DNA of 64,000 nt from Anaerohalosphaeraceae bacterium (GCA_963675525.2 CAXXSL010000001.1:224001-288000); one strand, 5' to 3'. Shown: positions 42,272-54,092, numbered from the stretch's first letter. Notes: generated by a model from the sequence alone, not told the origin. Translations and numbers: made by a program.

Positions 42272-42644
42272 GTCCTTCCTGAATTAGGTGTACGTTGCAT
42301 CATACTGGTCTGTTTCCAGAGACACACTGGTTTGGCATCCTTTCGAAACAGGAAATCCTACGATGCGTTCCCGTATATCCAACGGACCTTAAGGGAAACC
42401 TAAACAGGGGGTTATTGGTCTTTTATTTTCAAGGCGTTTATTGTGGGCTTCTAAGAAGCAAATGATAAATTAAATTGTGCCACAAAAGAATAAAATGGAA
42501 ATTATTTTATGTAAATTTAAATTTTTGAAAATGGGCCGGCGTCGGCGAAAAGGCAGGAGGGTGTCTGTGTGTGTGGGGGGAGAGGGGGGATTCATGTATT
42601 GACAGCGGCGGGGTTTTGGGCATATACTATATTCAAGCTGGCCG

Positions 42645-43736
42645 GTGTTTCAACTTGAACGGTCAACTGTCAATTTTTCAAGGCCAAAATTAAGGACTGG
42701 AGCGATTTCTGCTTTGGGGAACAATGCTGTCGGGGGCGTCGATTCGGTGCGGACGAAGCCGGCGTGGTATTATGATACGGCGAAATACGCGGAACCGAGC
42801 CTGTCGAAGGCGATTTTACAACTTCTGGACACTTTAATTCCTTATTTTCTGCTGTGGGCGGTGATGCTCTATCTGGTCAAGGCGGGCTATCCGTATTGGG
42901 TGACACTGATGCTTGCGGTGGTTGCGGGGCTGTTTCTGGTGCGTGTCTTTATCCTTTTTCACGATTGCTGTCATCATTCTTTTTTTGCGTCCCGGAAAGC
43001 CAATAAAATTGTCGGGACCGTGTGCGGGATATTGACGTGCACGCCGTATGCGGACTGGCAATGGGCGCACGCGAAGCATCACGCGACGGCGGCGGACCTT
43101 GATAACCGCAGTTGCGGGGGTGTGTGGACGATGACGGCGGATGAATACCGTTCGTCGGGGTTATGGACGCGCATTAAGTACCGGGTGTACCGCAATCCGC
43201 TGGTGATGCTTGTGCCGGGGCCGTTGATCATGTTTCTGGGTGTCTTTCGGTTTCCGACGAAGGGGGCGGGTAAGCGGCAGCAAAACAGTGTACTGGTGAC
43301 GAATGTTGCGATCCTGGTGCTTTTGGTCATCGGGTCACGGACGCTGGGTCTGCGGGATATTTTCCGCATTGCGCTGCCGGTGGTGTTTGTTGCCACTGCG
43401 ATCGGGGTGTGGCTGTTCTATGTGCAGCACCAGTTTGAGGGGGTTGGCTGGTTTCGGCACGAGCAGTGGGATGTCATTACGGCTTCGCTGAAGGGGTGTT
43501 CGTACTATCGGCTGCCGGCGGTTCTGCGGTGGTTCACGGGGAATATCGGTATTCACCACGTTCACCATATCCGCACAGGCATCCCGAACTACAACCTGCA
43601 GCGATGCTTTGACGAGACGCCCCAACTGCAGGACATCCATGTACTGACGATGCGCGAAAGCCTGCGGTCGCTGTGGCTGAACCTGTGGGATGAAGAGCGG
43701 CAGCAACTTGTCGGGTTTCGTGCGATTGGGCGATAA
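42645..43736 (+). CDS. Membrane fatty acid desaturase (start uncertain, possibly TTG near 42714)
   Basis: His boxes HDCCH, HAKHH and HHVHH; FYVQHQFE. Confidence 0.92.
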   Translation: MFQLERSTVNFSRPKLRTGAISALGNNAVGGVDSVRTKPAWYYDTAKYAEPSLSKAILQLLDTLIPYFLLWAVMLYLVKAGYPYWVTLMLAVVAGLFLVRVFILFHDCCHHSFFASRKANKIVGTVCGILTCTPYADWQWAHAKHHATAADLDNRSCGGVWTMTADEYRSSGLWTRIKYRVYRNPLVMLVPGPLIMFLGVFRFPTKGAGKRQQNSVLVTNVAILVLLVIGSRTLGLRDIFRIALPVVFVATAIGVWLFYVQHQFEGVGWFRHEQWDVITASLKGCSYYRLPAVLRWFTGNIGIHHVHHIRTGIPNYNLQRCFDETPQLQDIHVLTMRESLRSLWLNLWDEERQQLVGFRAIGR

Positions 43737-43844
43737 CACAAGCAGGGGGCGGTGCGGAATCGGGGGGGTTGTTTCTTGACTATCGGGGGGTGCTTCGCTA
43801 AGATAGGGTTTTGGTGATGGAATTTTAGATGATACGGAGAACGG

Positions 43845-46800
43845 ATGGCCGGTAAAGGATTTACGCATCTTCACTTACATACACAATACTCCCTTCTGGA
43901 CGGGGCGATCCCGGCCAAAAAGCTGTTTGCGCGGTGCAACGAGTTGGGAATGGATTCGGTGGCGATCACCGACCACGGAAACATGTTCGGGGTGGTGGAT
44001 TTCTATACGCAGGCCCGGGAGGCGGGGGTTAAGCCAATTCTCGGGATTGAGGCGTATATCGCACCCGAAAGCCGGTTCGAGAAGCAAAAGGGCGGCATTA
44101 AAGACAATACCTATCACTTGATCCTGCTGGCCGAAAATCTCACCGGGTATCACAATCTTTTGAAGCTGAGCAGTATCGGTTATACTGAGGGGTTTTACTA
44201 TCGCCCGCGTATCGATAAAGAGATTTTAGCCGAGCTGAACGAGGGGCTGATTTGCACCACTGCGTGTATCGGTGGTGAAGTGCCTGCGGCACTGGCACGG
44301 GATGACTTGGAGGCGGCGCAAAAGGCGGTCGAAAGTTACCTGGAAATCTTCGGGCCGGAGCGGTTTTTTATCGAGGTTCAGGAACATGATGCGACGGATA
44401 TGCCGGATGTGCGGGATAAGCTGATCGAGCTTGCGAAAAAGAACGGCGTCGGGCTGGTTGCGACCAATGACGTGCATTTTTTGAACGAAGCCGATTATGA
44501 GGCACACGATGCCCTGTGCTGTATCAATACGGGCAAAAAGGTGACCGAACCGGATCGCATGAAGTATCCGACGAGCGTGTATCTGAAAAGCTCCGACCAG
44601 ATGCGGCAGTTATTCGCCGATGTGCCCGAGGCGTGTGATAATACGCTGAAGATCGCCGAGCGGTGCAATGTGGATCTGGATTTGACCAGCCGGCATGCAC
44701 CGGTATATACACCCGCCGACGGCAGTACGCCGGAGGAATTCCTGACAAAGCTGGTGTATGAAGGGGCAAAAAAACGATACGGTAAGGTAACCGACGAGAT
44801 CAAACAGCGGATCGAGCGGGAACTGGGGGTTATCGAGGGCAAGGGGTTTTCCAGCTACTTTTTGATTTGCTGGGATTTTTGTGATTTTGCCAGCAAAAAC
44901 AATATTCCCGTCGGTGCCAGGGGCAGTGCGGTCGGTACGGTTGTGGGGTATTGCCTGGGTGTTTGCGATGTGGACCCGATTCACTATGACTTGCTGTTTG
45001 AGCGGTTTATGGACCCGGAACGTGATGAGATGCCGGATATCGATATCGATATTTGCCAGGCATCGCGTCCGGCGGCGCTGGAATATGTACGGAACAAATA
45101 CGGGCATATTGCGCAGATCATTACGTTTGGGACGATGAAAGCCCGAGCGGTGATTCGTGATGTGTGCCGGGTGATGGATGTGCCTTTGTCGGAGGCGGAC
45201 CGTCTGGCGAAGCTGGTGCCGGCAGAGTTGAAGATGACGCTGGATAAGGCATTGGATGTTGAGCCGGATTTAAAGAAGGCATACGATGACGATGAAATGA
45301 CCCGCAAGGTCATTGACATCGGGCGAACGCTGGAAGGGCTGGCACGTCACGCGTCGGTACATGCGTGCGGTGTGGTGATTGCCGATGAGCCGCTGACGAA
45401 TTTTCTCCCCGTTTATAAGCAGGCCGGCTCGGACGATTTGATTACGCAGTTTGAAGGGCCGACGGTTGAAAAAGTGGGCCTGCTGAAGATGGATTTTCTG
45501 GGTCTGAAGACGCTGAGCGTGATTCAGCGGGCGATTGACCTGATTAAAGAACTGCACGGCGAGACCATCGATATTGAGGCGATTGATAAGGCTGACCCGA
45601 AAATCTTTAAGGAGGTTTTCGGAGCGGGACGGACCAAGGGCGTGTTCCAGTTTGAATCCGGCGGGATGCAGGATTTGCTGATGAAGCTGCGGCCGGACCG
45701 GTTGGAAGACCTGATCGCGGCGAACGCCCTGTATCGTCCCGGCCCGATGGCGCTGATCCCCGATTACATTGACCGCAAACACGGAGCCAAGTGGGAGGTG
45801 CCGCACCCGATCATGCGGGAGGTACTGGAAGAGACCTTCGGCATTATGGTCTACCAGGAACAGGTGATGCGTATTTGCAACCGGCTGGGCGATATCCCGC
45901 TGCGTGAGGCGTATGCCCTGATTAAAGCGATTGGCAAGAAGAAGGAAAAAGTTATCAAGGCCGAGAAGAAGCGGTTTGTGAAAGGTTGCGTCGGCAAGGG
46001 GCTGGATAAATCGCAGGCCGAAGAAATCTTTGACCTGATCGAACGGTTTGCCGGATACGGTTTTAATAAGTCGCATGCGACACGGTATTCGTTTGTGGCT
46101 TACCAGACGGCGTGGTTAAAATGCTATTACCCGGTTGAATTCATGGCGGCACTGCTGACGTATGAAATGGGCAGCACGGACAAGGTCGTCGATTATATCG
46201 GCGAGTGCCGGGAGATGGGAATTGAAGTCCTACCGCCGGATATCAATGAGAGCTTTGTTGATTTTACGGTGGTGTATAATGAAGAACACGACCATCGCAA
46301 AGATTCCGGTGTGGTCCGGTTTGGACTGGCGGCGGTCAAGGGCGTCGGTGAAAAAGCGGTTGAGCAGATCATTACCTCGCGTGAAAACGTGGGGCGGTTC
46401 AAGAGTTTGTTTCATTTTTGCGAGAATGTTGATTTGCGTGCGGTCAATAAGCAGGTGATCGAGGCGCTGGTGAAGGCCGGGGCGTTTGATAATCTTGGCG
46501 GCAGCCGGGCGCAGATGATGGCGGGGATGGAAAAAGCGATGCAGGCGGGGTCGTCGATGCAGGCCGATAAGGCCAGCGGTCAGATGAACTTTTTCGGGGC
46601 CGGCGGGTTTGGGCAGGGTGAGCAGGGTCAGGACCAGCAGGCATTGCCCGATGTGCAGCCGTGGGGCGAACAGCAGATGCTGCTTTACGAAAAAGAAGTG
46701 CTGGGTTTTTATGTGACCAGTAACCCGTTGAGTAAATACGCGGACATGATCGATATTTATTCGTCGGCGAACACCGGTCAATTGAATTCGAAATGGCAGG

Positions 46801-47318
46801 GGCGTGATGTTGTTATTGGCGGCATGGTGACCAAGATTCGCAATATCGTCACCAAAAACGGCCGCAATGCCGGGGCCAAGATGGCGGTTTTTGAACTGGA
46901 GGATTTGCAGAGCAAATGCGAGGTGGTGGTGTTCCCGAAAAAGCTGGAGGCGTTTGCCGATCTGCTGCAGGTCGATAAAGTCCTGTTTGTGGAAGGGAAA
47001 GTGGATTGTCAGCGGGAAAATCCGAATATTCTCTGTGAAAAGTTGATCGCGATGGAGGACATCGCTGACCAGATGGCCGCCCGTGTGTGGATCGAGTTGC
47101 TGAGTCTGGATGTCAACGAGGAAAAAGCCGAACGCATTCGCACCCTCTGCAAGACCCATCGGGGCAAAAGCCCGGTGCATGTCAGCGTGCAGACCACCGG
47201 CGGCTATCGCATCGCCACGATTGCCGACAAAACCTACAGCGTGCGGGCGGATGTGGATTTCTGCAAGAAGATGGAAGCCGTGGTTGGCCGCGGGAATGTG
47301 AAATTGATGCGGAATTAA
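43845..47318 (+). CDS. dnaE: DNA polymerase III alpha subunit
   Basis: HLHLHTQYSLLDG, PDIDID, GLLKMDFLGL, YGFNKSH. Confidence 0.98.
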   Translation: MAGKGFTHLHLHTQYSLLDGAIPAKKLFARCNELGMDSVAITDHGNMFGVVDFYTQAREAGVKPILGIEAYIAPESRFEKQKGGIKDNTYHLILLAENLTGYHNLLKLSSIGYTEGFYYRPRIDKEILAELNEGLICTTACIGGEVPAALARDDLEAAQKAVESYLEIFGPERFFIEVQEHDATDMPDVRDKLIELAKKNGVGLVATNDVHFLNEADYEAHDALCCINTGKKVTEPDRMKYPTSVYLKSSDQMRQLFADVPEACDNTLKIAERCNVDLDLTSRHAPVYTPADGSTPEEFLTKLVYEGAKKRYGKVTDEIKQRIERELGVIEGKGFSSYFLICWDFCDFASKNNIPVGARGSAVGTVVGYCLGVCDVDPIHYDLLFERFMDPERDEMPDIDIDICQASRPAALEYVRNKYGHIAQIITFGTMKARAVIRDVCRVMDVPLSEADRLAKLVPAELKMTLDKALDVEPDLKKAYDDDEMTRKVIDIGRTLEGLARHASVHACGVVIADEPLTNFLPVYKQAGSDDLITQFEGPTVEKVGLLKMDFLGLKTLSVIQRAIDLIKELHGETIDIEAIDKADPKIFKEVFGAGRTKGVFQFESGGMQDLLMKLRPDRLEDLIAANALYRPGPMALIPDYIDRKHGAKWEVPHPIMREVLEETFGIMVYQEQVMRICNRLGDIPLREAYALIKAIGKKKEKVIKAEKKRFVKGCVGKGLDKSQAEEIFDLIERFAGYGFNKSHATRYSFVAYQTAWLKCYYPVEFMAALLTYEMGSTDKVVDYIGECREMGIEVLPPDINESFVDFTVVYNEEHDHRKDSGVVRFGLAAVKGVGEKAVEQIITSRENVGRFKSLFHFCENVDLRAVNKQVIEALVKAGAFDNLGGSRAQMMAGMEKAMQAGSSMQADKASGQMNFFGAGGFGQGEQGQDQQALPDVQPWGEQQMLLYEKEVLGFYVTSNPLSKYADMIDIYSSANTGQLNSKWQGRDVVIGGMVTKIRNIVTKNGRNAGAKMAVFELEDLQSKCEVVVFPKKLEAFADLLQVDKVLFVEGKVDCQRENPNILCEKLIAMEDIADQMAARVWIELLSLDVNEEKAERIRTLCKTHRGKSPVHVSVQTTGGYRIATIADKTYSVRADVDFCKKMEAVVGRGNVKLMRN

Positions 47319-47380
47319 ATAGATCAAAAAGTAAAATGTAAAATTAAGGAGGCGGCTTTGCCGCGGTTGTTTTATGGAGT

Positions 47381-47569
47381 CGGCCTGAAAGGCCGGTGTA
47401 ATTTAGCCCAGGGCGACGCCCTGGGATCTAGGGTATAAGAAGACAACGCCCTGAAAGGGCAGCATAGTGTGTTTCGATTATATATTGCCCTTTCAGGGCG
47501 ATTTTGTTGTAATGGTATATATTTCCCAGCCCGTTGGACTGGGCTAAAATATAATGCACCTTTGGTGCG
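47381..47569. repeat. REPIN-like element: two inverted composite REPs
   Basis: tttagcccagggc...gccctggg...cgccctgaaagggc versus gccctttcagggcg...cccagccc...ctgggctaaa. Confidence 0.8.
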
Positions 47570-47587
47570 AATGGATAGAAAATATTA

Positions 47588-48364
47588 ATGATACAAAAAG
47601 CGATTGAAATAGTGAAAGCACGGTGGCCGGAGGTGATGCTGGTGGTTGTTTTGCAGGCGGCATTGATGCTCTTTTCAGACGAGTTGGTTCTGATGGCTGA
47701 TACGGCGGAGACCTCGAATGTTCAACTGCCGTTCTGGCCCAGCTTCCTTCTGGGAGTCGGTACCATGGTAGCGGCTACGATTTGGCAGATGCTGTATCTG
47801 GGATTCATGAAAACCTCCGCCGTCGAGGGCCCCCATCCTCAACAACCGCTCGACCTGCTCCGTTTTGGCCGTCCGTATTTCTGGAAGATCATGCTTTTTC
47901 AGCTTTTGTTTGTGTTTGTTCTGTTGCTGTTGAGTATGGTCATGGCGGCAACACTTGGCGGACTTATCTGGAAAACGGAGGATATCACAAAGATACCGGA
48001 ATGGTTCTCACAGATATGTGCGTTGGCGGCAGTTGCGTTGATGATCAAGCCGGCCCTGCTGGTTCCGGCACGAATCGTGGTGTGTGATAATTCTGTGGGC
48101 GAAGCAGTCATGGCCATGCGTCAGTATCGGATGGGTGAGATCAGTTCTCTTTTTAAGGTCTTGGCGGGCGGCGTAGGGGTCATTTTTGTGTTTATGCTGT
48201 TGGCGGAACTTGCGGGCAAAAAGACGGTGCTGTATTATATTTTTTCCGGCATGCATCACTTGAGCTTCAGCATGCTGTTTTTAGTGCTGGCATTAATGGC
48301 GGTGCTTTGGGTTCAGAAAAATCTTGATCTCCAGCAGGCTGCCGCGAAGGAGGAACAGGTATGA
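47588..48364 (+). CDS. Hypothetical membrane protein
   Basis: About six TM segments; stop overlaps the tmk start. Confidence 0.75.
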   Translation: MIQKAIEIVKARWPEVMLVVVLQAALMLFSDELVLMADTAETSNVQLPFWPSFLLGVGTMVAATIWQMLYLGFMKTSAVEGPHPQQPLDLLRFGRPYFWKIMLFQLLFVFVLLLLSMVMAATLGGLIWKTEDITKIPEWFSQICALAAVALMIKPALLVPARIVVCDNSVGEAVMAMRQYRMGEISSLFKVLAGGVGVIFVFMLLAELAGKKTVLYYIFSGMHHLSFSMLFLVLALMAVLWVQKNLDLQQAAAKEEQV

Positions 48365-48993
48365 AACAAAAACTGGCGGGAAAATTTCTGGTCATGGATG
48401 GCCCGGACGGTTGCGGCAAGAGCACGCAGACACGATTGCTGAGCGAATGGGTCGCCGCCGAGGGTGTGGATGTCGTTTCGTATCGTGACCCGGGAACAAC
48501 GATCGTCGGCGAAAAGATCCGCGATATCCTGCTCGATCCGGCTCATGAAGGCATGGGTGACAATGTCGAAGTGCTTTTGTACATGGCGGCGCGGGCACAG
48601 TTGTGGAAAGAGCATATCGGCCCCGATTTACATGCCGGGAAATGCGTCCTGATGGACCGCTGGATATCCAGCACCTGTGCGTATCAGGGATGGGCCGGCG
48701 GTTTTGGGATTGAAAAAGTCTTGCAGATCGGAACCGATTCGCTTCAGCGGGTTTGGCCCGATTTGACCATCGTGCTGGATGTGGATATTGAGACGGCTAA
48801 AAAACGGATGCAGCGCGACCTTGACCGTATGGAACAAAAGGGTGATGTCTACCATGCCAAGGTGCGGGAAGGCTTTTTGAAATTGGCGGATTACGGTGAC
48901 GATGTGAAAGTGGTGGATGCGACGCAGTCGGTGGAGCAGGTGCATGAGTGCGTGTTGCGGATTGTTCAAGAACACAGGAATACAAGAATGTAG
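48361..48993 (+). CDS. tmk: Thymidylate kinase
   Basis: DGPDGCGKSTQ, LLYMAARAQ, DRW.SST.AYQG. Confidence 0.95.
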   Translation: MKQKLAGKFLVMDGPDGCGKSTQTRLLSEWVAAEGVDVVSYRDPGTTIVGEKIRDILLDPAHEGMGDNVEVLLYMAARAQLWKEHIGPDLHAGKCVLMDRWISSTCAYQGWAGGFGIEKVLQIGTDSLQRVWPDLTIVLDVDIETAKKRMQRDLDRMEQKGDVYHAKVREGFLKLADYGDDVKVVDATQSVEQVHECVLRIVQEHRNTRM

Positions 48994-49116
48994 GATTAGG
49001 CGGCATCGCTTCTGGCCGTAGGTCAAAGCGATGGATGTACCGTGCGAAACCATGTCTTTCGCCTCCGGCGAGAAGACATGCCACCCGGGAAAAGCATCTT
49101 TTAGGATTGAGAGAAA

Positions 49117-50241
49117 ATGTCGTTAAACGAAATTTTTTGTCAGGATAAAGCGATCGGAACCCTGCAGCGGGCATATGCGGCCGGGCGGATGGCCCATGCG
49201 TATTTGTTTGCCGGCGATGATGGTGTGGGCAAGGACGCGACGGCGCGGGCGTGGGCGAAGATGCTGTTGTGTGAAAACAAACAGACGACCGGTAAAGACC
49301 CGGTCTTTACGGACAGTTGCGGGGCCTGCCATTCTTGTCAAACGTTTGAAGCCGGGGGGCATCCGGATTTTCGGCCCATTTATAAAGAACTTGTGCAGTA
49401 CACCAAAGGCGGCAAAAATAAAAAGACCCCCGTGGAGATGCCGATCGATGTGATCCGTGAGTTTCTCATTGAGAAGGCCGCCAATCGCCCGACGATGGGG
49501 CAATTTGTAGTCTACGTTGTTGATGAAGCGGAGAAGGTCAACAGGAACAGTCAGAATGCGATGCTGAAGGTGCTGGAGGAACCGCCGGGGTATTGTGTGA
49601 TCATCCTGCTGTGTTCCCGGTTGGATGAGATGCTGCCGACGACGCTGTCACGCTGTCAATTGGTGCGGTTTGGTCCGGTTGAGCATGCTAAGATTGTTGA
49701 AGCGTTGATCGCCAAAGGATTCTCTAAATCCGAAGCGACGTATTGGGCGCGTTTTTCACAGGGCAGTCTCGGGCGTGCGATCTCGTGGGCAACGCTTGAA
49801 ATCAAGGATGACAGCACCTATGCCATCAAACAGCAGCTTTTGGAAAAGCTGGCTGTGCTGGAGTTGACGGATGCGGTGGACATGGCCGAGTGGATGGGTA
49901 AGAGCGCCCGGACAATCGCCGGAGTCTGGACCAGGCAGGACGACAATGTCAGTACAACCGATATTACCCGCCGGGCGCAAAAGGGGCTGATCCAGATGAT
50001 GATCGCGGCACTGAACGATGCGATGAAACTTCACGTCGGACAGGCGGACGCACTGGTCAATGAAGACCAAAAAACCTGCATCGAGGCGATTAGCCGTCGT
50101 TATGATGCCGAAACCGCCGCCCGGCAGATCGAAATGTGCTATCAAATTCACCGATGGGTCGATTCCAGCGTCAACGAAAAACTCATCTTCGAACAACTCT
50201 TGTTAAATCTGTCCAATTCGGATATACTAAGCGTTTCTTAA
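49117..50241 (+). CDS. holB: DNA polymerase III delta' subunit
   Basis: HAYLFAG..GVGK, CGACHSC, HPD, NAMLKVLEEPP, SRCQ. Confidence 0.93.
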   Translation: MSLNEIFCQDKAIGTLQRAYAAGRMAHAYLFAGDDGVGKDATARAWAKMLLCENKQTTGKDPVFTDSCGACHSCQTFEAGGHPDFRPIYKELVQYTKGGKNKKTPVEMPIDVIREFLIEKAANRPTMGQFVVYVVDEAEKVNRNSQNAMLKVLEEPPGYCVIILLCSRLDEMLPTTLSRCQLVRFGPVEHAKIVEALIAKGFSKSEATYWARFSQGSLGRAISWATLEIKDDSTYAIKQQLLEKLAVLELTDAVDMAEWMGKSARTIAGVWTRQDDNVSTTDITRRAQKGLIQMMIAALNDAMKLHVGQADALVNEDQKTCIEAISRRYDAETAARQIEMCYQIHRWVDSSVNEKLIFEQLLLNLSNSDILSVS

Positions 50242-50311
50242 ATGAGTCTGACAGCGGGACGGCCCGGTCGGCAGGAACGTATCTTCTTTTTCTAAAGGAG
50301 TTTATTAATAG

Positions 50312-51622
50312 ATGTCACAACCTGAAAATAAGCCGAAAGTGCAAAGAAATGCCAAACTGATGCTTGTCCGTTATGGCCGGATGGGGGGGCTTGGCTGGTT
50401 TGAGCATCATGAGGCGCATATTCCGAAGCTGAGTTCACATGTGGTTCTCAAGACCGAACGGGGTCTGGAATTGGGCCAGGTGATCGGAGTTCACAGCTAC
50501 CGCGGCGGTCAGTTTAAAAGCACGCCGGAGCAGGTGGAACAATATTACTGCAATCGCACCAAGGATTTTCCGTTGGGAGAAGGCGGTGTGTTCGTTCGTT
50601 TTGCGACCCACGAAGATATTCGGGAACAGGAGCATCTGGAAAAATCCGCGGTGGGCGAAGCCAAACAGGCGCAAAAAATCGCGGCCGAACTAAATCTGCC
50701 GATGAAGATCATCGAAGCGGAACATCTATTCGGTGGTGAGCGGATCATCTTCTATTTTACCAGCGAGGGCAGGGTGGATTTCCGCGAACTGGTTAAACGG
50801 CTTGCCAGGGAATACCAGACACGGATCGAACTGCGACAGATCGGTTCGCGTGATGAAGCCCGCCTGATCAGTGATTTTGAAACCTGCGGTCAGCAGTGCT
50901 GCTGCAGCCGCTATCTGAAAATTCTCGAACCGGTCAATATGCGGATGGCCAAATTGCAAAAGGCGACCCTGGATCCGTCAAAGATCAGCGGTCATTGCGG
51001 CAGGCTCAAGTGCTGTTTACGCTATGAAGATGAAACGTATATGCAGTTGAAGGATAATCTGCCCAGAAAGAATGCGACCGTTCAAACCCCGAAGGGCCCG
51101 GGCAAAGCGGTTGATATGCACATTTTGACCCAGTTGGTTGTGGTACAGGACGAATTGGGAGACCGTAAGGCTTGGCCGGTGGATGAGATAAGTTTTCCGG
51201 GCAAGCCGGCGGTTGTCAAAAAGACCCCTGTGGAACCCGATCGTGCCGAGGATATCATCGACGGCGCGATGGGGGAGTTGGATGTCAGCCGGGTTGATTC
51301 CGGGATTGTCGCCGAACTTGAGGAAATGGCTCAAGCGGAACAAGCACAGGTCTCGCCGTCGGAACCGGATTTGCAGAGCCCGGAAACCGGACCTAATAAC
51401 AATGCTCCAAAGCAAACGGACGGACCGGGTCAAAAGGACGATCAGGAACCGTCGCAAAATAAAAATCGACGCGGCGGAAGGAATCGACGGCGGCGCTCGA
51501 AGAATAAGAATCGAAACCCGAATAGTCCGCAAGGCGGAGGCAACCAGGAGAATAGGCCAAAGTCATCAGGCGGCAATCAGACTAATAAGCCCAAACCATC
51601 GGGCGGGAATCAATCACAGTAG
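50312..51622 (+). CDS. ricT: PSP1/YaaT (RicT) protein with a disordered basic tail
   Basis: RVDFRELVK.LA..YQTRIELRQIG, KISGHCGRLKCCLRYE. Confidence 0.9.
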   Translation: MSQPENKPKVQRNAKLMLVRYGRMGGLGWFEHHEAHIPKLSSHVVLKTERGLELGQVIGVHSYRGGQFKSTPEQVEQYYCNRTKDFPLGEGGVFVRFATHEDIREQEHLEKSAVGEAKQAQKIAAELNLPMKIIEAEHLFGGERIIFYFTSEGRVDFRELVKRLAREYQTRIELRQIGSRDEARLISDFETCGQQCCCSRYLKILEPVNMRMAKLQKATLDPSKISGHCGRLKCCLRYEDETYMQLKDNLPRKNATVQTPKGPGKAVDMHILTQLVVVQDELGDRKAWPVDEISFPGKPAVVKKTPVEPDRAEDIIDGAMGELDVSRVDSGIVAELEEMAQAEQAQVSPSEPDLQSPETGPNNNAPKQTDGPGQKDDQEPSQNKNRRGGRNRRRRSKNKNRNPNSPQGGGNQENRPKSSGGNQTNKPKPSGGNQSQ

Positions 51623-51640
51623 CGCGGAGATAGGACATCT

Positions 51641-53650
51641 ATGCGAAAATTAGTTGTAACATCGGCCTTGTACTATGCCAATGCGCCAATCCACATCGGG
51701 CACCTGGTCGAATCCGTTCAGACGGATATCTGGGTGCGTTTTCAAAAGCTTATGGGTAATGAATGCCATTATTTCTGCGCCGATGATACACATGGAACAC
51801 CTGTTATGATCAGCGCTAAAAACGAAGGTGTCGAACCGGAAACGCTGATTGCGAGAATTCACGGGCAACATCTGAAGGATTTAAATGGTTTTCAGGTTGA
51901 GTTTGATAATTACTATACGACGCACTCGGAAGAAAACAGGCAACTGAGCGAAATGATTTTTAAAGGGGTTTCCGAAGCCGGGGCGATTGTCCAGAAGGAA
52001 ATCCAGCAGGCCTATGATGAGCAGGAAAAGATGTGGCTGCCGGACCGTTATATCAAGGGCACCTGCCCGCGATGCAAGGCACCGGACCAGTATGGCGATT
52101 CCTGTGACGCGTGCGGGGCGCACTATCAGCCGACGGAGATGATTGAACCGGTCAGCGCTGTTAGTGGCAATCCGCCGGTGTTGAAAAAGAGCACGCATTA
52201 TTTCTTCCGGCTGAGTCATTATGAATCACAGCTTAAACAGCTTTTTGCTAAAGGGTATGTGCAGGACTCTGTAAAAAACAAGCTTGACGAATGGTTTGAA
52301 GCGGGGCTAAAGGATTGGGATATCTCACGGGATGGGCCATATTTTGGTTTTAAGATTCCCGGCGAGGAGGATAAATATTTTTATGTTTGGCTGGATGCAC
52401 CGATCGGGTATATGGCCTCCTGCAAAAACTGGTGTGATAAGAGTGGGAAGGATTTTGAGCAGGTTTGGAATAGCGGCGAGTATGAGATTTGTCATTTCAT
52501 TGGCAAGGATATCATGTACTTTCATGCGTTGTTCTGGCCGGCGTTGTTGTTCGGTGCCAATCTGCGGACGCCGAATAAATTGTTTGTGCATGGATTTTTG
52601 ACGGTCAATGGCAAGAAGATGAGTAAGAGCAAAGGCACGTTTGTGATGGCGAGAACGTATCTGAATCACCTTGATCCCCAGTACCTGCGGTATTACTACG
52701 CCTCCAAGCTCAATGGCGATGTGAGTGATATCGAGTTGAACACTGAGGATTTTGTCAATCGCGTCAATTCCGACCTGGTGGGCAAACTGGCCAATCTGGC
52801 GAGTCGTTCCGGGCCGATGCTGACCAAAAAGCTGGACGGGATGCTTGGCTCACTGGATGAAAAGGGTAAGTTGCTGATCGACCAGTTGATCGCCGCAAAG
52901 GCCGAAGTGATCGATGCGTATGAAAGTCTCAATTACGCCGCGGCGATCCGTCGTATTGCGGCACTGGCCGACATCTGTAATCGCTATGTCGAAGAGCAGC
53001 AGCCGTGGGGGACCATTAAGACGGATGTTGAAGGCACGCGGACGACGCTGACAACCATCTTGAATGCTGTAAAGATTCTGGCAATCTATTTAAAGCCCGT
53101 ACTGCCCGAGTTTGCTCAGAAGATCGAGCAATTCCTGGCGGTCGATGCGCTGACGTTTGCCGATGTGGAAACGATTCTTGAAAACCGAAAGATCAATGAC
53201 TTTGTTCGTTTGATCGAACGCATAGAAAAGGAAAAGGTAGAAGCGATGATCGAAGAAAGTAAACAGGATGCTCCGCAGGCGGATGTGGCTGAACCGGAAA
53301 ATAAACTGGATGAGCCGCTGGCGGAAGAATGCACGATTGATGATTTCATGAAAGTGGACCTGCGGGTGGCCCGCATTGCCAGTGCCTCGGCTGTTGAAGG
53401 GGCCAATAAGCTTTTGCAGTTGGAACTGGATTTGGGTGAATTGAAGAAAAATGTGTTTGCCGGCATCTCCAAAGCTTACAAGCCGGAAGATTTGGTCGGG
53501 CGTTTGGTGGTTTGCGTGGCGAACTTGAAACCGCGTCAGATGAAGTTCGGCCTGTCGGAAGGCATGGTGTGTGCCGCCGGACCGGGCGGAGCGGAGGTCT
53601 TTTTACTCAGTCCCGACAGTGGTGCCAAGCCGGGACAGCGAATTCACTAA
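51641..53650 (+). CDS. metG: Methionyl-tRNA synthetase with C-terminal tRNA-binding domain
   Basis: [25 protein letters not shown]. Confidence 0.97.
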   Translation: MRKLVVTSALYYANAPIHIGHLVESVQTDIWVRFQKLMGNECHYFCADDTHGTPVMISAKNEGVEPETLIARIHGQHLKDLNGFQVEFDNYYTTHSEENRQLSEMIFKGVSEAGAIVQKEIQQAYDEQEKMWLPDRYIKGTCPRCKAPDQYGDSCDACGAHYQPTEMIEPVSAVSGNPPVLKKSTHYFFRLSHYESQLKQLFAKGYVQDSVKNKLDEWFEAGLKDWDISRDGPYFGFKIPGEEDKYFYVWLDAPIGYMASCKNWCDKSGKDFEQVWNSGEYEICHFIGKDIMYFHALFWPALLFGANLRTPNKLFVHGFLTVNGKKMSKSKGTFVMARTYLNHLDPQYLRYYYASKLNGDVSDIELNTEDFVNRVNSDLVGKLANLASRSGPMLTKKLDGMLGSLDEKGKLLIDQLIAAKAEVIDAYESLNYAAAIRRIAALADICNRYVEEQQPWGTIKTDVEGTRTTLTTILNAVKILAIYLKPVLPEFAQKIEQFLAVDALTFADVETILENRKINDFVRLIERIEKEKVEAMIEESKQDAPQADVAEPENKLDEPLAEECTIDDFMKVDLRVARIASASAVEGANKLLQLELDLGELKKNVFAGISKAYKPEDLVGRLVVCVANLKPRQMKFGLSEGMVCAAGPGGAEVFLLSPDSGAKPGQRIH

Positions 53651-53691
53651 GGTAACGCCGGCATCTTGCCGGCAGTTTTGAAAAGAACTGT

Positions 53692-54087
53692 TTGGAATTT
53701 TCGATTGTGAAAAAGACGATAGAGGAAATAGCCAAAGAAGACGGTCGCTTTGATATGCGGGGCCTGAAGTTTGTTTTTGAGGGATTGGCGGCGACGATCG
53801 ATAAATTCCGTCAACAGGAAGACCTTGAAGCCATGCCGCGTCATATCACGGGCCAGGAACTGTCCTGGGGGCTGGCCGAAGTTGCGCAAAAGCGCTGGGG
53901 GCGACTGGCGGCGATGGTGCTGGGGCAGTGGGGCATTCATTCAACGCGAGATATGGGTGAGATCGTGTACCTGATGATCGACAACGGATGGATGAGTTCG
54001 CAGGATACGGACACGATTGAGGATTTCGAACATGTCTTTGATTTCACCGAAGTCTTCGAAAAGCAATACACGATCGAAATTCGATAG
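53692..54087 (+). CDS. Minf_1886-like PVC-group protein
   Basis: RHITGQEL, WGIHST.DMGEIVY, D.IEDF..VFDF. Confidence 0.8.
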   Translation: MEFSIVKKTIEEIAKEDGRFDMRGLKFVFEGLAATIDKFRQQEDLEAMPRHITGQELSWGLAEVAQKRWGRLAAMVLGQWGIHSTRDMGEIVYLMIDNGWMSSQDTDTIEDFEHVFDFTEVFEKQYTIEIR

Positions 54088-54092
54088 GCCTC

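Noticed and set aside
38646..47327. Long antisense ORFs inside clpC and dnaE (e.g. 38646-39767, 45270-46076, 46230-47327)
   Set aside because: They lie opposite strongly supported genes and have no recognisable domains.
48994..49116. Two strong hairpins between tmk and holB considered as an ncRNA
   Set aside because: They end in CATGCCACCC, like other dispersed REP-type palindromes (near 32285-32315), so they are better explained as repeats.
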